Source of the DNA: Capsulimonadales bacterium
Lineage (GTDB): Bacteria > Armatimonadota > Armatimonadia > Armatimonadales > Armatimonadaceae
Assembly: GCA_033762295.1 (NCBI GenBank)
Contig: JANRLW010000106.1
Location: 1 to 52,134, forward strand
Reading direction: 5' to 3'
DNA length: 52,134 bases
This document shows, one piece after another, positions 31,001-39,898 of the stretch. Under the pieces are notes generated by a model. It had not been told where the DNA came from. It made no database searches and saw only the letters and a list, made by a program, of their open reading frames with translations. The translations under genes were made by a program, and so were the position numbers. Each line of letters opens with the position of its first letter. The first letter of the stretch is position 1.

Positions 31001-31102
31001 CCTGATCCGGTGGAGCGTTACCGGAACGAGGGGATGAGGATGAACGCGGCGGAGGTATATCATGCGGCGCGACAAAAATTCTGTCCTGTTCCGGAGATTT
31101 AA
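28094..31102 (+). CDS. SARP/BTAD - NB-ARC-like ATPase - TPR transcriptional regulator
   Basis: wHTH/BTAD N-terminus; FFGRQEEL, GLGGTGKTRL, LILDNLEH, LDGLPLAIEL; TPRs. Confidence 0.92.
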   Translation: MVSEQVIWKVELLGQFRLQRDEQIWERFQTRKTEALFTYLALHPERRHPREVLCDLLWPETDRDSSRNRLSQAVGWLRPRLESEESLRGRVLLTDRQRVGIEITAIATDVSEFLEAVASAERTTDPTRRLERYKRAVGLYSGHLTPALEEEWVLSERQRLYEIFRRSLNRLLTLLEERQAMEEALTLARWAVSLDPLSEDVHGNVIRLLLKSGQFSAAQRHYQGLSELLTKHLDQKPYQDWTEFLKRNASPQPKATEQETTREVSVPVPLTRFFGRQEELARIEQMILQRETRLITLTGLGGTGKTRLAVELAHRLSGEYRGAVWFIPLADVSDANLIPAAIADGIKGEGARTAGAVRQIVTTLQDQPALLILDNLEHLAEGAVDPIRHLLERLPLLTIVVTSRQLLGVTGERELTVPPLMVPDTENAPRDALGFGAFPGVQLFLDRARAVRPNLSLTAENAPILSRLCSRLDGLPLAIELCAAWAQTLTPEEMLDHLNRRFDLLVSRRRDIPARHRTLRATLEYSYLLLPENLQRLFLELSVFRGGWTLDAALAVCGLKTDTPLALLKDITELRERSLVVASESKQAKDRAMRFRMLESVREFAAEQQTIADRARLMRRHFDFFRELTVGDGSGPDGSDPANTHRKLTEEQENLRAALAWAEEVGWQQEGLDLAVALTDFWEMQGDAVEGIHWIQRFFGSGKPPRDAYREARALLAMGQLRRATADYGNAKKALEEALLLFRKQQDHAGTAHALMILGTIANTLEENPQARTLLNEALHFARCHGDPSLVARVVSNLATVAMDECDWPIAWNLFEQILTYRRSEGNEKRLSSTLNNLGLVARYQGEYDRALSLLKEGLQLALRIADRPGIGISYLNLATVYRLVRQLEPAKQCLLESLRLTYTVDDRRAFAWCVKEAGHIACADGDFATGVSFLGTAEKLRGDLGISFKPADPMERERDLERARNAIGPDPVERYRNEGMRMNAAEVYHAARQKFCPVPEI

Positions 31103-31186
31103 GGGTTATTTAGGAGTAATTTGGGAATGCCCTGATATCATTCCGAGCAACTTCGTTTATTTTGTTCTTCCGAAAGGAACGCCATC

Positions 31187-32050
31187 ATGTCCCGGTTCAG
31201 TACGGTGCTCTCCTCAAAATCGCGTGTGCGTCACGGCTTCACTCTGATCGAGTTGTTAGTGGTCATCGCGATAATAGCCATACTGGCGGCTATCCTGTTC
31301 CCTGTCTTCGCCCAGGCGCGAGAGAAGGCACGGCAAACCTCCTGCCTTTCCAACCTCAAGCAGATGGGCCTCGCCGTTCTGATGTATGTTCAGGACTACG
31401 ATGAGACCTTTCCGACCGGTGCATATACCGCCCCGTCGGGCTTTACCTTCTCCAACCAGTACTACTGGTTCTTCGGACTGGTCTTTGAGAATGCCAACCT
31501 GGCGAAGTTGAAGGCGTCAGCGGGAATCGTTCAACCGTATATCAAAAATACGCAGATTCAGTCCTGCCTGACGGCGGCGAACCTCAAGCCGAGCTCCGGT
31601 GGCGCTCCGTTCACCATCGATCCCGCTGATGCACCGCTGGGATATGATACCAACGTTTTAGTAATGAGCGGTATCCCCGGGCCGGGCACCTCGACTTATG
31701 GTCCTTTCCGGTCGATTGCCGCCTGGGATAATCCTGCCGACAGCATCCTGATGGGGGATGCCGGTGGTTCCAGTTCCACCTTTAACGGTATCAGCACCCC
31801 GCGCAATCTTCGAACCGGACTCACTCGTACCTCCGCCCAGTTGTCGGGACGACACCCGAACCTATCGGCGAACATCGTAATGCAGGATGGACACGCCAAA
31901 GTCTTTCGTCTGAGCCAGCAGGGACTCAGCAATTTCTACAAATCGGAAAAGGTCGGGCACCTGTTGCCGCCGGGCATCACCGATCCTGCGACATTAGGCT
32001 CCAACTACTACTATGTGCCCGATAAATCCACGGGCAGCACCGCGCTATAA
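31187..32050 (+). CDS. DUF1559 prepilin-type protein (copy 5; H-X10-DG variant)
   Basis: [24 protein letters not shown]. Confidence 0.92.
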   Translation: MSRFSTVLSSKSRVRHGFTLIELLVVIAIIAILAAILFPVFAQAREKARQTSCLSNLKQMGLAVLMYVQDYDETFPTGAYTAPSGFTFSNQYYWFFGLVFENANLAKLKASAGIVQPYIKNTQIQSCLTAANLKPSSGGAPFTIDPADAPLGYDTNVLVMSGIPGPGTSTYGPFRSIAAWDNPADSILMGDAGGSSSTFNGISTPRNLRTGLTRTSAQLSGRHPNLSANIVMQDGHAKVFRLSQQGLSNFYKSEKVGHLLPPGITDPATLGSNYYYVPDKSTGSTAL

Positions 32051-32060
32051 GTGAACTGAA

Positions 32061-32080
32061 AGGGGGCTGCTCCGCCCCCT
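32061..32080 (+). terminator. Hairpin after DUF1559 copy 5
   Basis: AGGGGGC-tgctcc-GCCCCCT. Confidence 0.5.
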
Positions 32081-32091
32081 GAAACAATGCT

Positions 32092-32328
32092 ATGAAAGTC
32101 ACTTATTTCGAGTCGGATGACATCTTAAAGATTGTTTTTCGAGATGCGCCGATTCAACGTAGCGAGGCACACCCCACTGGTCTCGTTCTGGACTACGACC
32201 AAAATGGTAGGATTGTGGGACTGGAACTGGCCACGGCATCCGCGTACCTCTCGCGTTCCAAAGATGCGCCGCTGGTGGAAGTCTGCTCCATACTGCGCGA
32301 GGAAGAATCCAAACATGAAGTCCTTTAG
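32092..32328 (+). CDS. DUF2283 domain protein
   Basis: MKVTY..SDDILKI...LDYDQNGRIVGLEL pattern. Confidence 0.8.
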   Translation: MKVTYFESDDILKIVFRDAPIQRSEAHPTGLVLDYDQNGRIVGLELATASAYLSRSKDAPLVEVCSILREEESKHEVL

Positions 32329-33520
32329 TCTGCTGACGCCCATCCTGGCGGTCTCGGTCCTATCTCCCGGCACCTTTGCCCTGGCTCAGGACGCGCCTGC
32401 AAACGTCCCGGTGGCGGATGCTCTGGTGAAGGCAACCACCATCCGGTGTAAGGCAACGTTCTCGGTGATGGGCAAGGAGGGAAAGGCCACGCCGTTTTTC
32501 GACGTGGTCCTTTCCGTCGAAAAACCGGGGCGCTTCCGGGTCGATGCCACCCCGTTGAATTCGAACGATGGAAAGCCAAAAGCGGCATCGTTCTATATGT
32601 CGGACGGTAAGAAGCAGTACGAGTACAACAGCCTGATCGAGCGGTATCGGATCGAGGATGCGCCAAAGCCCGGCGAACGGTATATGTCGCAACTCGCGGC
32701 GATGGCGGGCCTGCGCCGAATTCTGTTCCCCGGTCAACCTGCGGCCAAAGGGGTGCAACGAACCATTTCCGAGGCGCAGATCGACGGTAAGCAGTTGATA
32801 CTGGCGACGGATAACGAAATGGAACGAACCACCAAAGATGGGAAGAAATTGGTTTCCTATACCAGGGTCTGGTTCGATCCGGATACAAAGCTGCCGGTCC
32901 GTTCGCTTGAGGGAATGGTCCTCGATGGCGCCGATATGCCGAACCTGTTGTTGGAGTACAAGGATTGGTCGTTCGACGCGCCACTTCCCCCAAAGACGTT
33001 CGTCTGGACAAAGCCCGTAAATGCAAAGGCAGAGTCCGTTGGTCTGGCAATAGGGACTCCCGCCCCGGACTTTAAGGCGGTGGGCGCAGACGGAAAAGTG
33101 GTTCGTCTTTCCGACCTGAAGGGCAAAATCGTCATTCTGGATTTCTGGGCGACCTGGTGCGGACCCTGCCAACGGTCGATGCCGCACCTGGAGAAGGTTT
33201 ATCGCCGGGTGAAAGATCAGGGCGTGACCGTGCTCGCTCTCTGTGTCTGGGACGAGAAGTCGGAGTACGACAAGTGGATCGCTACCAGGAAGGCGACCTT
33301 TACCTTTCCCACCGCCTTCGACACCGGGGGACGAGCGAATAGCATCGCTTCGAAGCTGTACGAGGTGACCGGAATTCCGACGCAGTATGTGATCGATAAG
33401 GACGGCAAGGTCGCTGCCGTGTTTGTCGGATACGAAGAGGGGAAGCCAGCCCTCGAAAACGCGTTGCGGGCGCTGAAAGTGGACGTCGACTCCAAAAACG
33501 TCGCCACTGCAAAACCGTAA
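32315..33520 (+). CDS. Exported LolA-like domain plus TlpA-type disulfide reductase
   Basis: Signal peptide MKSFSLL; EKPGRFRV; DFWATWCGPC; GIPTQYVID. Confidence 0.85.
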   Translation: MKSFSLLTPILAVSVLSPGTFALAQDAPANVPVADALVKATTIRCKATFSVMGKEGKATPFFDVVLSVEKPGRFRVDATPLNSNDGKPKAASFYMSDGKKQYEYNSLIERYRIEDAPKPGERYMSQLAAMAGLRRILFPGQPAAKGVQRTISEAQIDGKQLILATDNEMERTTKDGKKLVSYTRVWFDPDTKLPVRSLEGMVLDGADMPNLLLEYKDWSFDAPLPPKTFVWTKPVNAKAESVGLAIGTPAPDFKAVGADGKVVRLSDLKGKIVILDFWATWCGPCQRSMPHLEKVYRRVKDQGVTVLALCVWDEKSEYDKWIATRKATFTFPTAFDTGGRANSIASKLYEVTGIPTQYVIDKDGKVAAVFVGYEEGKPALENALRALKVDVDSKNVATAKP

Positions 33521-33532
33521 CGATGGGCGGTG

Positions 33533-33832
33533 TCAGAGGCCGCGCAGGGCGCGATACATCGCTTCCCTGGTCTGTTGTTTATCCGTGGTGTACACTCGTA
33601 TCTCTTGCAGATAGGAGACACCACGGATTTTTGCTAACAGGCAGGCTTCGCCCTCATCGGCGAATTTTATGGTCGGTTCCCCGTTGGGAAGTTTTTTGAT
33701 TAAACCCAGGGAGATTTTGGAGACGCAGTCCAGTTTGGATGCAGCCAGGGCGGGCTCCCGTGCGGCATCGATTACCGTCGTATGGCTCGCCGTAAACTTT
33801 CCGCCCTGTAGATGTCCGTTTTTCGCTGGCAT
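33533..33832 (-). CDS. DUF2103-like small protein
   Basis: SHTTVI...ISLGLI...QEIRVYT pattern. Confidence 0.6.
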   Translation of the reverse strand: MPAKNGHLQGGKFTASHTTVIDAAREPALAASKLDCVSKISLGLIKKLPNGEPTIKFADEGEACLLAKIRGVSYLQEIRVYTTDKQQTREAMYRALRGL

Positions 33833-33949
33833 GTCAGGTTATTAGACCATGGATGGGAAAGTATGGATGGAGAGATCGGACACTCCGGGGCACTTTAAGA
33901 AACGACTCGCCGCAACATCGGTTCAGGCATTTCAAAACGGGCAATTTTT

Positions 33950-34067
33950 CGCCTCCGGTTGATCCCATGGCGACCGGGGAATGCCCCTTGACAGGAGGAC
34001 CGGCGAGTGTTACTATGTGTTTGATGAACACGAAGGCAGAGGCCGACGTCGATCCGACGGCTTACGA
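33950..34067 (+). repeat. 118-bp direct repeat, copy 2 (native nrtR 5' region)
   Basis: Matches 26769-26886. Confidence 0.95.
33988..34031 (+). promoter_or_regulatory. Sigma-70 promoter TTGACA-17-TACTAT with NrtR-type operator over the start codon
   Basis: ATG lies 7 nt after the -10; palindrome GTGT-TTGATGA-ACAC (GT-N7-AC) at 34017-34031. Confidence 0.75.
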
Positions 34068-34755
34068 TATCACGCAGTTCGATCGACCATCCGTCGCCGT
34101 CGATATCGTCGCGTTCGTCATCGGCTCGTTCCAGTGTGCGAAGGGGAACTGCCTGCACGTTCTTCTCATCCGGCGGGGGATCGAACCCTTTCGGGGCGCC
34201 TGGGCGTTGCCGGGGGGCTTCATTCACCTGACCGAGAGTCCGGACGAGGCGGCGCAGCGCGAATTGATCGAGGAAACCGGACTGTCCGGCGCGTCCTATC
34301 TGGAGCAACTGTATACGTTCGGCCGGCCGGATCGCGATCCCCGGACGCGAGTGATCTCGATCGCCTATTACGCTTTGTTGCCGCTGAACGAGGGAAACTT
34401 TGCCAATCCCAGGGCCGGAACCGACGCCGCCGAGGCGCAGTGGTGGCCCGCCGACGCCCTGCCGGAACTGGCGTTCGATCATCGCGAGATCATCGACACC
34501 GCATTGGCCCGGCTGCGGGCCAAACTGTCCTATTCGTCGGTCGCCTATGCGCTGCTGCCCGAGGTGTTTACCCTGACCGAACTGCAGAATGTCTACGAGA
34601 TCATTCTTGGCCGGCAACTCGACAAACGCAACTTTCGAAAGAAGATGCTTTCTTCGGAGATCCTGGAGGATACCGGCAGGCAGCGCCGGGAAGGGCGTCA
34701 TCGCCCCGCCGCGCTGTTCCGCTTCACTCGCCGTGAGCCGGTCTTTCCGGACTGA
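34024..34755 (+). CDS. nrtR: NrtR-family Nudix-wHTH transcriptional regulator
   Basis: Intact Nudix box GFIHLTESPDEAAQRELIEETG; LEQLYTFG..DRDPR; FTLTELQ..YE..L...DKRNFRKK. Confidence 0.93.
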   Translation: MNTKAEADVDPTAYDITQFDRPSVAVDIVAFVIGSFQCAKGNCLHVLLIRRGIEPFRGAWALPGGFIHLTESPDEAAQRELIEETGLSGASYLEQLYTFGRPDRDPRTRVISIAYYALLPLNEGNFANPRAGTDAAEAQWWPADALPELAFDHREIIDTALARLRAKLSYSSVAYALLPEVFTLTELQNVYEIILGRQLDKRNFRKKMLSSEILEDTGRQRREGRHRPAALFRFTRREPVFPD

Positions 34756-34797
34756 AGCGGGCGGATCGCGTCCCGGGAATTTTTCGCCATGACTTCG

Positions 34798-34810
34798 TGT
34801 TGAGTTGACA
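34798..34810. promoter_or_regulatory. Second NrtR-type site upstream of the ADP-ribosylhydrolase
   Basis: TGT-TGAGTTG-ACA (GT-N7-AC). Confidence 0.45.
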
Positions 34811-34828
34811 AGAAAAGCGAGGGTCGAA

Positions 34829-35689
34829 ATGCTGTGGGAACTGGCGGTGGGAGACGCTTACGGAGCGGGTTTCGAGTACGCCGATGCCGACCTGACGCGT
34901 AATCGGAACGATCTTTCCGGATACCGTGAGCGACCGGAGGTGAGCCGTGAGGGAATCGGACGGTACACCGACGACACACAGATGAGCCTGGCGATCGCGG
35001 AATCGCTGCTTTCCGGGGAGGACTGGACGCCGGAAAATCTGGCGGAACGGTTCGTTCGAACGTATCACCGCGACCCGCGTGGCGGCTATGCGCGGCAGTT
35101 CGGGTATTTCCTGATGCGCACCTCATCCGGCGCGGAGTTTTTGCGAACCATTCGGCCCGACAGCGACAAGAGCGGGGCGGCGATGCGCGCCTGTCCGATC
35201 GGAGTACTGCCGACCGTGGCGAAGGTACTGGACCATACGACGGTTCAGGCGAAACTGACCCATGACACCCCGGACGGAATCGCGGCGGCGCAGGCGGCGG
35301 CCTTGATGCCGCACTATTTCCTGTACGGCTACGGTCCGAAAGCCGATCTGGGGATTTTTCTGGAGTCGTACGTGCCGGTGCGCCACTGGTCGGAGCCGTA
35401 TGTCGGTATGGTAAAGTCCCGCGGCTGGATGAGCGTTCAGGCGGCGGTCACGGCGGTGATCGCCTGTGATCGAATGAGCGATATTCTGCGGTACTGCGTC
35501 GATTTCACAGGCGATGTGGACACGGTCGCGACGATTGCCATGGCGGCGGCCTCTTGCAGTCGGGAGGTGGAGCAGGATCTTCCCGGCGTCCTGATCGACC
35601 GTCTGGAGAACGGGCGGTTCGGGCGAGACTACCTGCGACAACTGGATACGCGTTTGCTGTCGACGGTTTCGAAAGGGGAGACGGCATGA
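34829..35689 (+). CDS. ADP-ribosylglycohydrolase family protein
   Basis: GDAYGAGFE, YTDDTQM, GAAMR, GDVDTVA motifs. Confidence 0.93.
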   Translation: MLWELAVGDAYGAGFEYADADLTRNRNDLSGYRERPEVSREGIGRYTDDTQMSLAIAESLLSGEDWTPENLAERFVRTYHRDPRGGYARQFGYFLMRTSSGAEFLRTIRPDSDKSGAAMRACPIGVLPTVAKVLDHTTVQAKLTHDTPDGIAAAQAAALMPHYFLYGYGPKADLGIFLESYVPVRHWSEPYVGMVKSRGWMSVQAAVTAVIACDRMSDILRYCVDFTGDVDTVATIAMAAASCSREVEQDLPGVLIDRLENGRFGRDYLRQLDTRLLSTVSKGETA

Positions 35690-35922
35690 GAGTCCGGGAA
35701 CCGGAGTGGACGATGCCCCGTGTGCGGGTGCGCGATGTGGTGGCGGCGGTGAACGGTGCGGCCTTTCTGATGCTGGCGTCCGGCCGATTACTGAGGGAGG
35801 TGCGTCGATGGCGTCAGGAGCGTCGTCGTGGGCGCGATCGATACGAGGGGCAGGGGCGTCGCCGTCGGCGGCGTCCGGCGTGGCGGTTCGGGACAGGAGA
35901 ACACGGGACAGGAGAACAACGG

Positions 35923-36306
35923 ATGGGAACGGTGACACTGTATCGTCCGGTCGGGCAAAAGGAGTTCGAACGGGTGCGGGAGTCCGGATTTTCGGCGTTT
36001 CCGCCGCGTCTTCCGGAGCAGCCTTTGTTCTACCCGGTGCTGAACGAGGCGTATGCGACGCAGATCGCTCGCGACTGGAACACGAAAGACGCCTTTTCCG
36101 GCTACGCCGGGTATGTGCTTCGGTTTGCTGTCCGCGCCGACTTTCTGGCCCATTATCCGGTGCGCACGGTCGGGGCGTCGGAGCATCAGGAGTACTGGGT
36201 TCCGGCGGAAGACCTTCCGGCGTTCAATGCCGCGCTCGTCGGCAGGATCGAGGTGATCGCCCGATTCGGGACCGGAGTGGAATTATCCACCCCGGTCGAG
36301 GAATGA
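35923..36306 (+). CDS. Small conserved protein of ADP-ribosylation loci (possible ART fold); in-frame upstream start at 35686
   Basis: TLYRPVG..E, FPPRLPEQPLFYPVLNE.YA.QIARDWN, EYWVP; SD CAGGAG. Confidence 0.8.
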   Translation: MGTVTLYRPVGQKEFERVRESGFSAFPPRLPEQPLFYPVLNEAYATQIARDWNTKDAFSGYAGYVLRFAVRADFLAHYPVRTVGASEHQEYWVPAEDLPAFNAALVGRIEVIARFGTGVELSTPVEE

Positions 36307-36411
36307 AAACAGGGGGCACGCCGGCAGGAAGCCGTTTAACCCGGCGGGCGGCCCGGGATCGGGGAACGGCGCCGGGCCAGCGATCCGAAAATATCAAGGC
36401 GGCGAGGTAGC

Positions 36412-36438
36412 GATTATCCCGATTATCCCGATTATCCC
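36412..36438. repeat. 9-bp tandem repeat (GATTATCCC)x3 containing the ppc stop
   Basis: Read directly from the sequence. Confidence 0.9.
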
Positions 36439-39323
36439 GTGCTCTGCATGGCGGCGGCGACCGCGGTAATGGAGAGGAGGATGGCTTCGTTCCGAATCGG
36501 GTCGTCCTCGCCGTCCGTCTGCGCGTCCATCAACGCGACCTGCAGCAGCGAGATCGGATCGACCGCCGGGTTGCGCAGGTCGACCGTGTTGCGAACGACC
36601 GTCGCATGGGCCAGAAGCCGCTCCTGCTGCGTTACCTGCATCGTCCACTCGGCAGTCCGACGATGCTCGTCGGCGATGCGCCGGTGGAACCGTTCGCCCA
36701 ACTCCCGATCAACGGTGCGCGCGGCGTACCACCGCGCCGTCGGCATATGGGCGCGGACCAGTTCCATCTGCGCATTGTCCATGACCGTCCGGAAAAACAG
36801 CCATTCCCGGTACATCGTCCGGAGTACCTCGAGATGGTCCGGCTGCCGGCCGGCGAACCATTCCAGGGCCGAACCGAACCCGTACCAGCCGGGGATCATA
36901 TATCGGCTCTGCACCCAGGCGAAGACCCAGGGAATGGCGCGAAGATCGTCGACGCTGGTCAGCCGTTTGCCCGACCGGGAGACCGGGCGCGAGGCGATCG
37001 GGAGACGACTGATGTGCTTGATCGGCGTCGCCTCGGCATAGAACTCCCAGAACTCCGGGTCCTCATGCACCAGTTGCCGGTAGACGATCCGGGAATGAGC
37101 GGCCATTTCGGTTATCGCGTTGCGCCACGCGTCCGGAGCGACGGACGGTCCCTCGCGGTGCGGGGACAGCGCCAATAGACCGGCGTTGACGATCTGTTCC
37201 AGGTGCCGGTGAGCGATCGGCGGAAGTCCGTAGCGGAAGGAGATGACCTCCCCCTGTTCGGTGAAGCGAATGCGTCCTCCGAACGCTCCCGTCGGCTGGG
37301 AGAGGATGGCGCGGTTCGCCCGTCCGCCCCCCCGCCCGACCGTGCCGCCCCGCCCGTGGAAGAGCCGCAGGCTGAGACCGAACTCCCGCATCACCTCGGC
37401 AATCCGCGCCTGCGTGTCCTGAAGCGCCCAGTTGGCGGCAAGGAAGCCGCCGTCCTTACTCGAATCCGAGTAGCCGAGCATGATCTCCTGAAACCGCTGT
37501 CGCGCCTCCAACTGCGCCTGGTATTCCGGCGAGGAGAACATCCGGCGAAGAAGGGTGTCGCAGCGGTGAAGGTCATCGATCGTCTCGAACAGCGGAACGA
37601 TATCCAGTTCCGAATGGCATCGCCCGCCCTGCCAGCGGAAGAGACCCGCTTCCTTGGCCAGGAGGAGCGGTTCCAGAACGTCCGAAACCTCGTGGGTCAT
37701 CGAAATGATGTAACAGAGGACCGAGCGCGACGAGAGAAGCCGCCGTGCGGAACGAACGACATCGAGCACGTTGACCACATTGCGGGTCGCCTCGGACAGG
37801 TCGGCGTCGCGGCCGATAAGCGGCCGCGGGTTCCGCAACTCGCGCGAGAGCAGGGCGAGTTTCTCCTCCTCCGGGAGATCGGCATACGGTGTCTCGGGGG
37901 ACAGGAGACCGGCTTTCTCGAAAATCTCGGTCAATGCCCGTCCGTGTTCGTCGCTGTGCTGCCGGATATCGAGGGCGGCCAGGTGGAAACCGAACGTCTG
38001 CGCCTGGACGACGAGGGCGGCGAGCGGTCCGTGGTCGGCGATGACCCCGGCGCGGTTCCGGCGCAGACTGTCGCGGACCAGCGTCAGATCGGCGAGGAAG
38101 GCGTCGGCATCGCGGTAGGCATGGCGATCCTTCGGCGGTCCGTCATGGTCGCGATCGAGGTCGGACAGGGTCCGGACGTGACGTACCGCCGCCTGGAGCC
38201 GTTCGTAAATGAAGAGCAGTTTCAGAACGTACGGTTCGGCCCGGTGGCGGGTCAGGCGATTGGGAGAGAGCGGCACTTCCGCCGTATCTTTCGCCAGAGA
38301 GGCGAGGAGTTCGTCGTCCGCCGCGACGTTTCGCAGGCCGAGAGTCAGTTCCCGCCGCAGTTTGTCGACGCGCTTCTGATAAAACTCCAGGATGATCCGT
38401 CGATGTTCGAGCAGGGTTCGCCAGGTAACTTCCGGCGTCACATTGGGGTTGCCATCCCGGTCCCCGCCCACCCAGGAGCGATATTGAACGAACGACGGAA
38501 GGACGAACGAATGGCCGGGATAGGCGTTCGCCAGTGCGGTGCGCAGGTCGTGGTGCAGCCACGAAACGACATCCAGAATCGTCTGTTCGAAGAAGTAAAG
38601 GGCGTTTCGCGCCTCCTCCGGAACGGTGATCGGACTGGCGCGTAGCTCGTCGGTCTGCCAGAGAGCGGTCAGAATCCGTCGTAATTCGGTTTCGGCGTCC
38701 CGAACATTGTCGGCGAGGGGGGTGTCCAGGCGCGGAAGATCGGAGGGCATGGCGCGGTCGGCCAGAGCCTGCGCGATGCGATGCAGTTTGTCGAGGACGC
38801 TGCGACGTCGGGCCTCGGTCGGGTGCGCGGTCAGGGTCGGGCAGATGTCGAGCCGGTCCAGCAGGTTCTGCATATCCTCCGCCGACAGACCATCCGCCTT
38901 CAGACGGTAAACGGCCTCCGGGATCGATTCGGAGCGTGCGGACGGCAGCGTATTCGGATCGGTCTCCCGGTGGTTGCGCTCGAAAAGCGGCGTGCTGCGT
39001 TCCCGGTTGACCCGGACGATCTCCTTTTGCTCGGCGGTGTTGATCAGCTGAAAGAAGACCGTAAAGGCGCGTAACAGGCGACGCGCGACCGTCGGATCGG
39101 CCAGTTCCGGGAGACGTTCGGTGACCAGAGCGGGAACCGCTCCCTCCTCGTGAGACAGGTCCGTCAAACGCCGGGCCAGTTCGATCAGGTCGCCCTCGCC
39201 CTGCTCCCGCAGGACTTCGCCCAGCATCCGGTTCAGGAGACGGATGTCCTCGGTCAGGGGGACGGTCAGGTGGTAGCGGTCCGGCGATAGCGGAAGAAAG
39301 GAGGACGGTATCGGATCGGTCAT
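36432..39323 (-). CDS. ppc: Phosphoenolpyruvate carboxylase
   Basis: LTAHPTE, WVGGDRDGNP, VPLFET, MLGYSDSSKDGG, FHGRGGTVGRGG, LRAIPWVFAW. Confidence 0.97.
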   Translation of the reverse strand: MTDPIPSSFLPLSPDRYHLTVPLTEDIRLLNRMLGEVLREQGEGDLIELARRLTDLSHEEGAVPALVTERLPELADPTVARRLLRAFTVFFQLINTAEQKEIVRVNRERSTPLFERNHRETDPNTLPSARSESIPEAVYRLKADGLSAEDMQNLLDRLDICPTLTAHPTEARRRSVLDKLHRIAQALADRAMPSDLPRLDTPLADNVRDAETELRRILTALWQTDELRASPITVPEEARNALYFFEQTILDVVSWLHHDLRTALANAYPGHSFVLPSFVQYRSWVGGDRDGNPNVTPEVTWRTLLEHRRIILEFYQKRVDKLRRELTLGLRNVAADDELLASLAKDTAEVPLSPNRLTRHRAEPYVLKLLFIYERLQAAVRHVRTLSDLDRDHDGPPKDRHAYRDADAFLADLTLVRDSLRRNRAGVIADHGPLAALVVQAQTFGFHLAALDIRQHSDEHGRALTEIFEKAGLLSPETPYADLPEEEKLALLSRELRNPRPLIGRDADLSEATRNVVNVLDVVRSARRLLSSRSVLCYIISMTHEVSDVLEPLLLAKEAGLFRWQGGRCHSELDIVPLFETIDDLHRCDTLLRRMFSSPEYQAQLEARQRFQEIMLGYSDSSKDGGFLAANWALQDTQARIAEVMREFGLSLRLFHGRGGTVGRGGGRANRAILSQPTGAFGGRIRFTEQGEVISFRYGLPPIAHRHLEQIVNAGLLALSPHREGPSVAPDAWRNAITEMAAHSRIVYRQLVHEDPEFWEFYAEATPIKHISRLPIASRPVSRSGKRLTSVDDLRAIPWVFAWVQSRYMIPGWYGFGSALEWFAGRQPDHLEVLRTMYREWLFFRTVMDNAQMELVRAHMPTARWYAARTVDRELGERFHRRIADEHRRTAEWTMQVTQQERLLAHATVVRNTVDLRNPAVDPISLLQVALMDAQTDGEDDPIRNEAILLSITAVAAAMQSTG

Positions 39324-39394
39324 GCGATATTGTAGCAAAGAATCCGCCGGATTAAGGTGGAGCGGGTAGTATCACGTTGATCAGGAGGGGCAAA

Positions 39395-39892
39395 ATGAGG
39401 GAAACGATCATTCCCGAGCGAGTGCGAATCTATGCGATCCAGGCGATGACGGGAACGCCGAAGGTGCTGGCGCGACTGCTGCACGATATCCGGGCCTCGG
39501 AAGCCGACGGGCGGCCCGATCCGGCGCGATTCACGATCCGGGAAGCGGTGGCCCATCTGGCGGACTGGGAACCGATCTGGCTCGGGCGGTTCCGGGCGAT
39601 CATCGAGGAGGATCGCCCGTTTTTGCCCGGCTATGACGAGGGACAGTTTGCCGTCGATCGGAATTATGCCGACTCCGACCCGGTCGAGCAGGCCATGCGC
39701 TTCGCCGAGGGAAGGGCCGCTCTGGCATCCTATGTCGCCAATGTGCCTCTGGAAGACTGGAATCGGGTGGGATTTCATGGCGAAATGGGCGAGATCACCT
39801 TCGGGTCCCTGGTGACGCTGTTGCTGGCCCACGACGGGTATCATTTGAAACAGGTTGTCGAATTTCGCTATGAGTCAATAGAAATGAGATGA
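39395..39892 (+). CDS. DinB family protein
   Basis: TIREAVAHLADWE...LAHDGYHLKQ. Confidence 0.88.
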   Translation: MRETIIPERVRIYAIQAMTGTPKVLARLLHDIRASEADGRPDPARFTIREAVAHLADWEPIWLGRFRAIIEEDRPFLPGYDEGQFAVDRNYADSDPVEQAMRFAEGRAALASYVANVPLEDWNRVGFHGEMGEITFGSLVTLLLAHDGYHLKQVVEFRYESIEMR

Positions 39893-39898
39893 ACGCGG

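Noticed and set aside
13513..33520. Selenocysteine read-through in the redoxins
   Set aside because: No in-frame TGA at the catalytic positions.
26887..33949. Prophage or ICE call for the repeat-flanked insert
   Set aside because: No integrase, transposase, phage or conjugation genes inside; reported only as a repeat-bounded insert.
33853..34023. Upstream extensions of the nrtR and cds1-like ORFs in the track (33853, 26738)
   Set aside because: They run through the promoter; the leaderless ATGs at 34024 and 26843 fit better.
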